DNA of 63,976 nucleotides from Paraspadella gotoi. Its lineage: Eukaryota > Animalia > Chaetognatha. The stretch is taken from the NCBI GenBank assembly GCA_051294375.1, contig CM119264.1, positions 3,604,689-3,668,664 of the forward strand, given 5' to 3'. Position 1 is the first letter of the stretch. Each line of letters opens with the position of its first letter. The notes beneath the pieces were generated by a model. The model was given only the letters and a program-made list of their open reading frames with translations, ran no database searches and had not been told where the DNA came from. Both the position numbers and the translations under genes were made by a program. Of this stretch, positions 62,680 to 63,976 are shown piece after piece.

Positions 62680-63976
62680 TTTAGACGCCGCGTAAAGACT
62701 TCAATTTAAACTCGAATTGACTTCGTTCGGCACCACGCTCCGTATGGAGTTGATCTTGCTGCGGCCGGACGGCACCTCCAGAGCGACCGCCCAAACCCAC
62801 GACCGGGACGTGGTGTCGTATGGCCTGGAGGCATGTTCCTTTATTTATTTGTTAATGTATTTATTTGCCCGGTACCATGGACAACGACGATAATGAAGGG
62901 AAAAAATAAAGGAATGGATAAGTCACTGGAAAAAAAAAAATTTTTTTTGGGGAAATTGAGGCACGGAAATTATTTAACGAACGAGTTAACGAACAACTTT
63001 AATTAAATTAATTAAACAACGAAAAGAAAACACGACGGGAAAAACATTAAAAAAAAATATTAAAAAAAAAAAAAAAAATTCCAAGTTATGTTAATCGAGA
63101 NNNNNNNNNNNNNNNNNNNNNNNNNNNNNNNNNNNNNNNNNNNNNNNNNNNNNNNNNNNNNNNNNNNNNNNNNNNNNNNNNNNNNNNNNNNNNNNNNNNN
63201 NNNNNNNNNNNNNNNNNNNNNNNNNNNNNNNNNNNNNNNNNNNNNNNNNNNNNNNNNNNNNNNNNNNNNNNNNNNNNNNNNNNNNNNNNNNNNNNNNNNN
63301 NNNNNNNNNNNNNNNNNNNNNNNNNNNNNNNNNNNNNNNNNNNNNNNNNNNNNNNNNNNNNNNNNNNNNNNNNNNNNNNNNNNNNNNNNNNNNNNNNNNN
63401 NNNNNNNNNNNNNNNNNNNNNNNNNNNNNNNNNNNNNNNNNNNNNNNNNNNNNNNNNNNNNNNNNNNNNNNNNNNNNNNNNNNNNNNNNNNNNNNNNNNN
63501 NNNNNNNNNNNNNNNNNNNNNNNNNNNNNNNNNNNNNNNNNNNNNNNNNNNNNNNNNNNNNNNNNNNNNNNNNNNNNNNNNNNNNNNNNNNNNNNNNNNN
63601 NNNNNNNNNNNNNNNNNNNNNNNNNNNNNNNNNNNNNNNNNNNNNNNNNNNNNNNNNNNNNNNNNNNNNNNNNNNNNNNNNNNNNNNNNNNNNNNNNNNN
63701 NNNNNNNNNNNNNNNNNNNNNNNNNNNNNNNNNNNNNNNNNNNNNNNNNNNNNNNNNNNNNNNNNNNNNNNNNNNNNNNNNNNNNNNNNNNNNNNNNNNN
63801 NNNNNNNNNNNNNNNNNNNNNNNNNNNNNNNNNNNNNNNNNNNNNNNNNNNNNNNNNNNNNNNNNNNNNNNNNNNNNNNNNNNNNCCAGAGACGCTCCGT
63901 TGTCGCACGACGCTGTTCCACTTCCTGGACTCGTCCCTCCAACCTGACTTCAGCCTGAATTCTGCGCTCCGTCTCT
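62680..63976. mobile_element. Further family fragments: F-G spacer on + strand (62680-63100) and ORF F on - strand (63886-63976)
   Basis: Homology to 23210-24390 (lacking the MITE) and to 24690-24780. Confidence 0.8.

Noticed and set aside
62650-63100. Local inversion of the F-G spacer
   Set aside because: Noisy, adjacent to a gap and to an A-rich junction; probably an artefact.

Overview
Eukaryotic (invertebrate-animal-like) genomic DNA with short introns, many N-gaps and increasingly noisy, indel-rich sequence in the right half. 1-14 kb is gene-dense. Five co-oriented + strand genes lie here: the 3' end of a PP2A B56 subunit, a small membrane protein, VPS25, an Ig-domain type I membrane protein and a DM9+SOCS-box protein. 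A convergent multi-exon orphan gene follows. The small membrane gene's stop codon lies only 19 nt before the VPS25 ATG with a splice acceptor in between, which looks like an operon/trans-splicing junction. 22-64 kb is dominated by several copies and fragments of one Bel/Pao LTR retrotransposon family with unusual features. (i) gag and pol are separated by one in-frame UGA in a leaky UGA-CU(A/G)G context, conserved in two diverged copies. (ii) About 6 kb between integrase and the 3' LTR carries about seven sense-strand, non-env accessory ORFs; five of them are each preceded by a conserved 3' splice acceptor, and at least one shows strong purifying selection. (iii) The ~360 bp LTRs read TG...TA and have no obvious tRNA primer-binding site. 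The back-and-forth inverted copies at 42-50 kb and 62-64 kb are probably assembly or amplification artefacts. All calls were made by eye, with no database searches.
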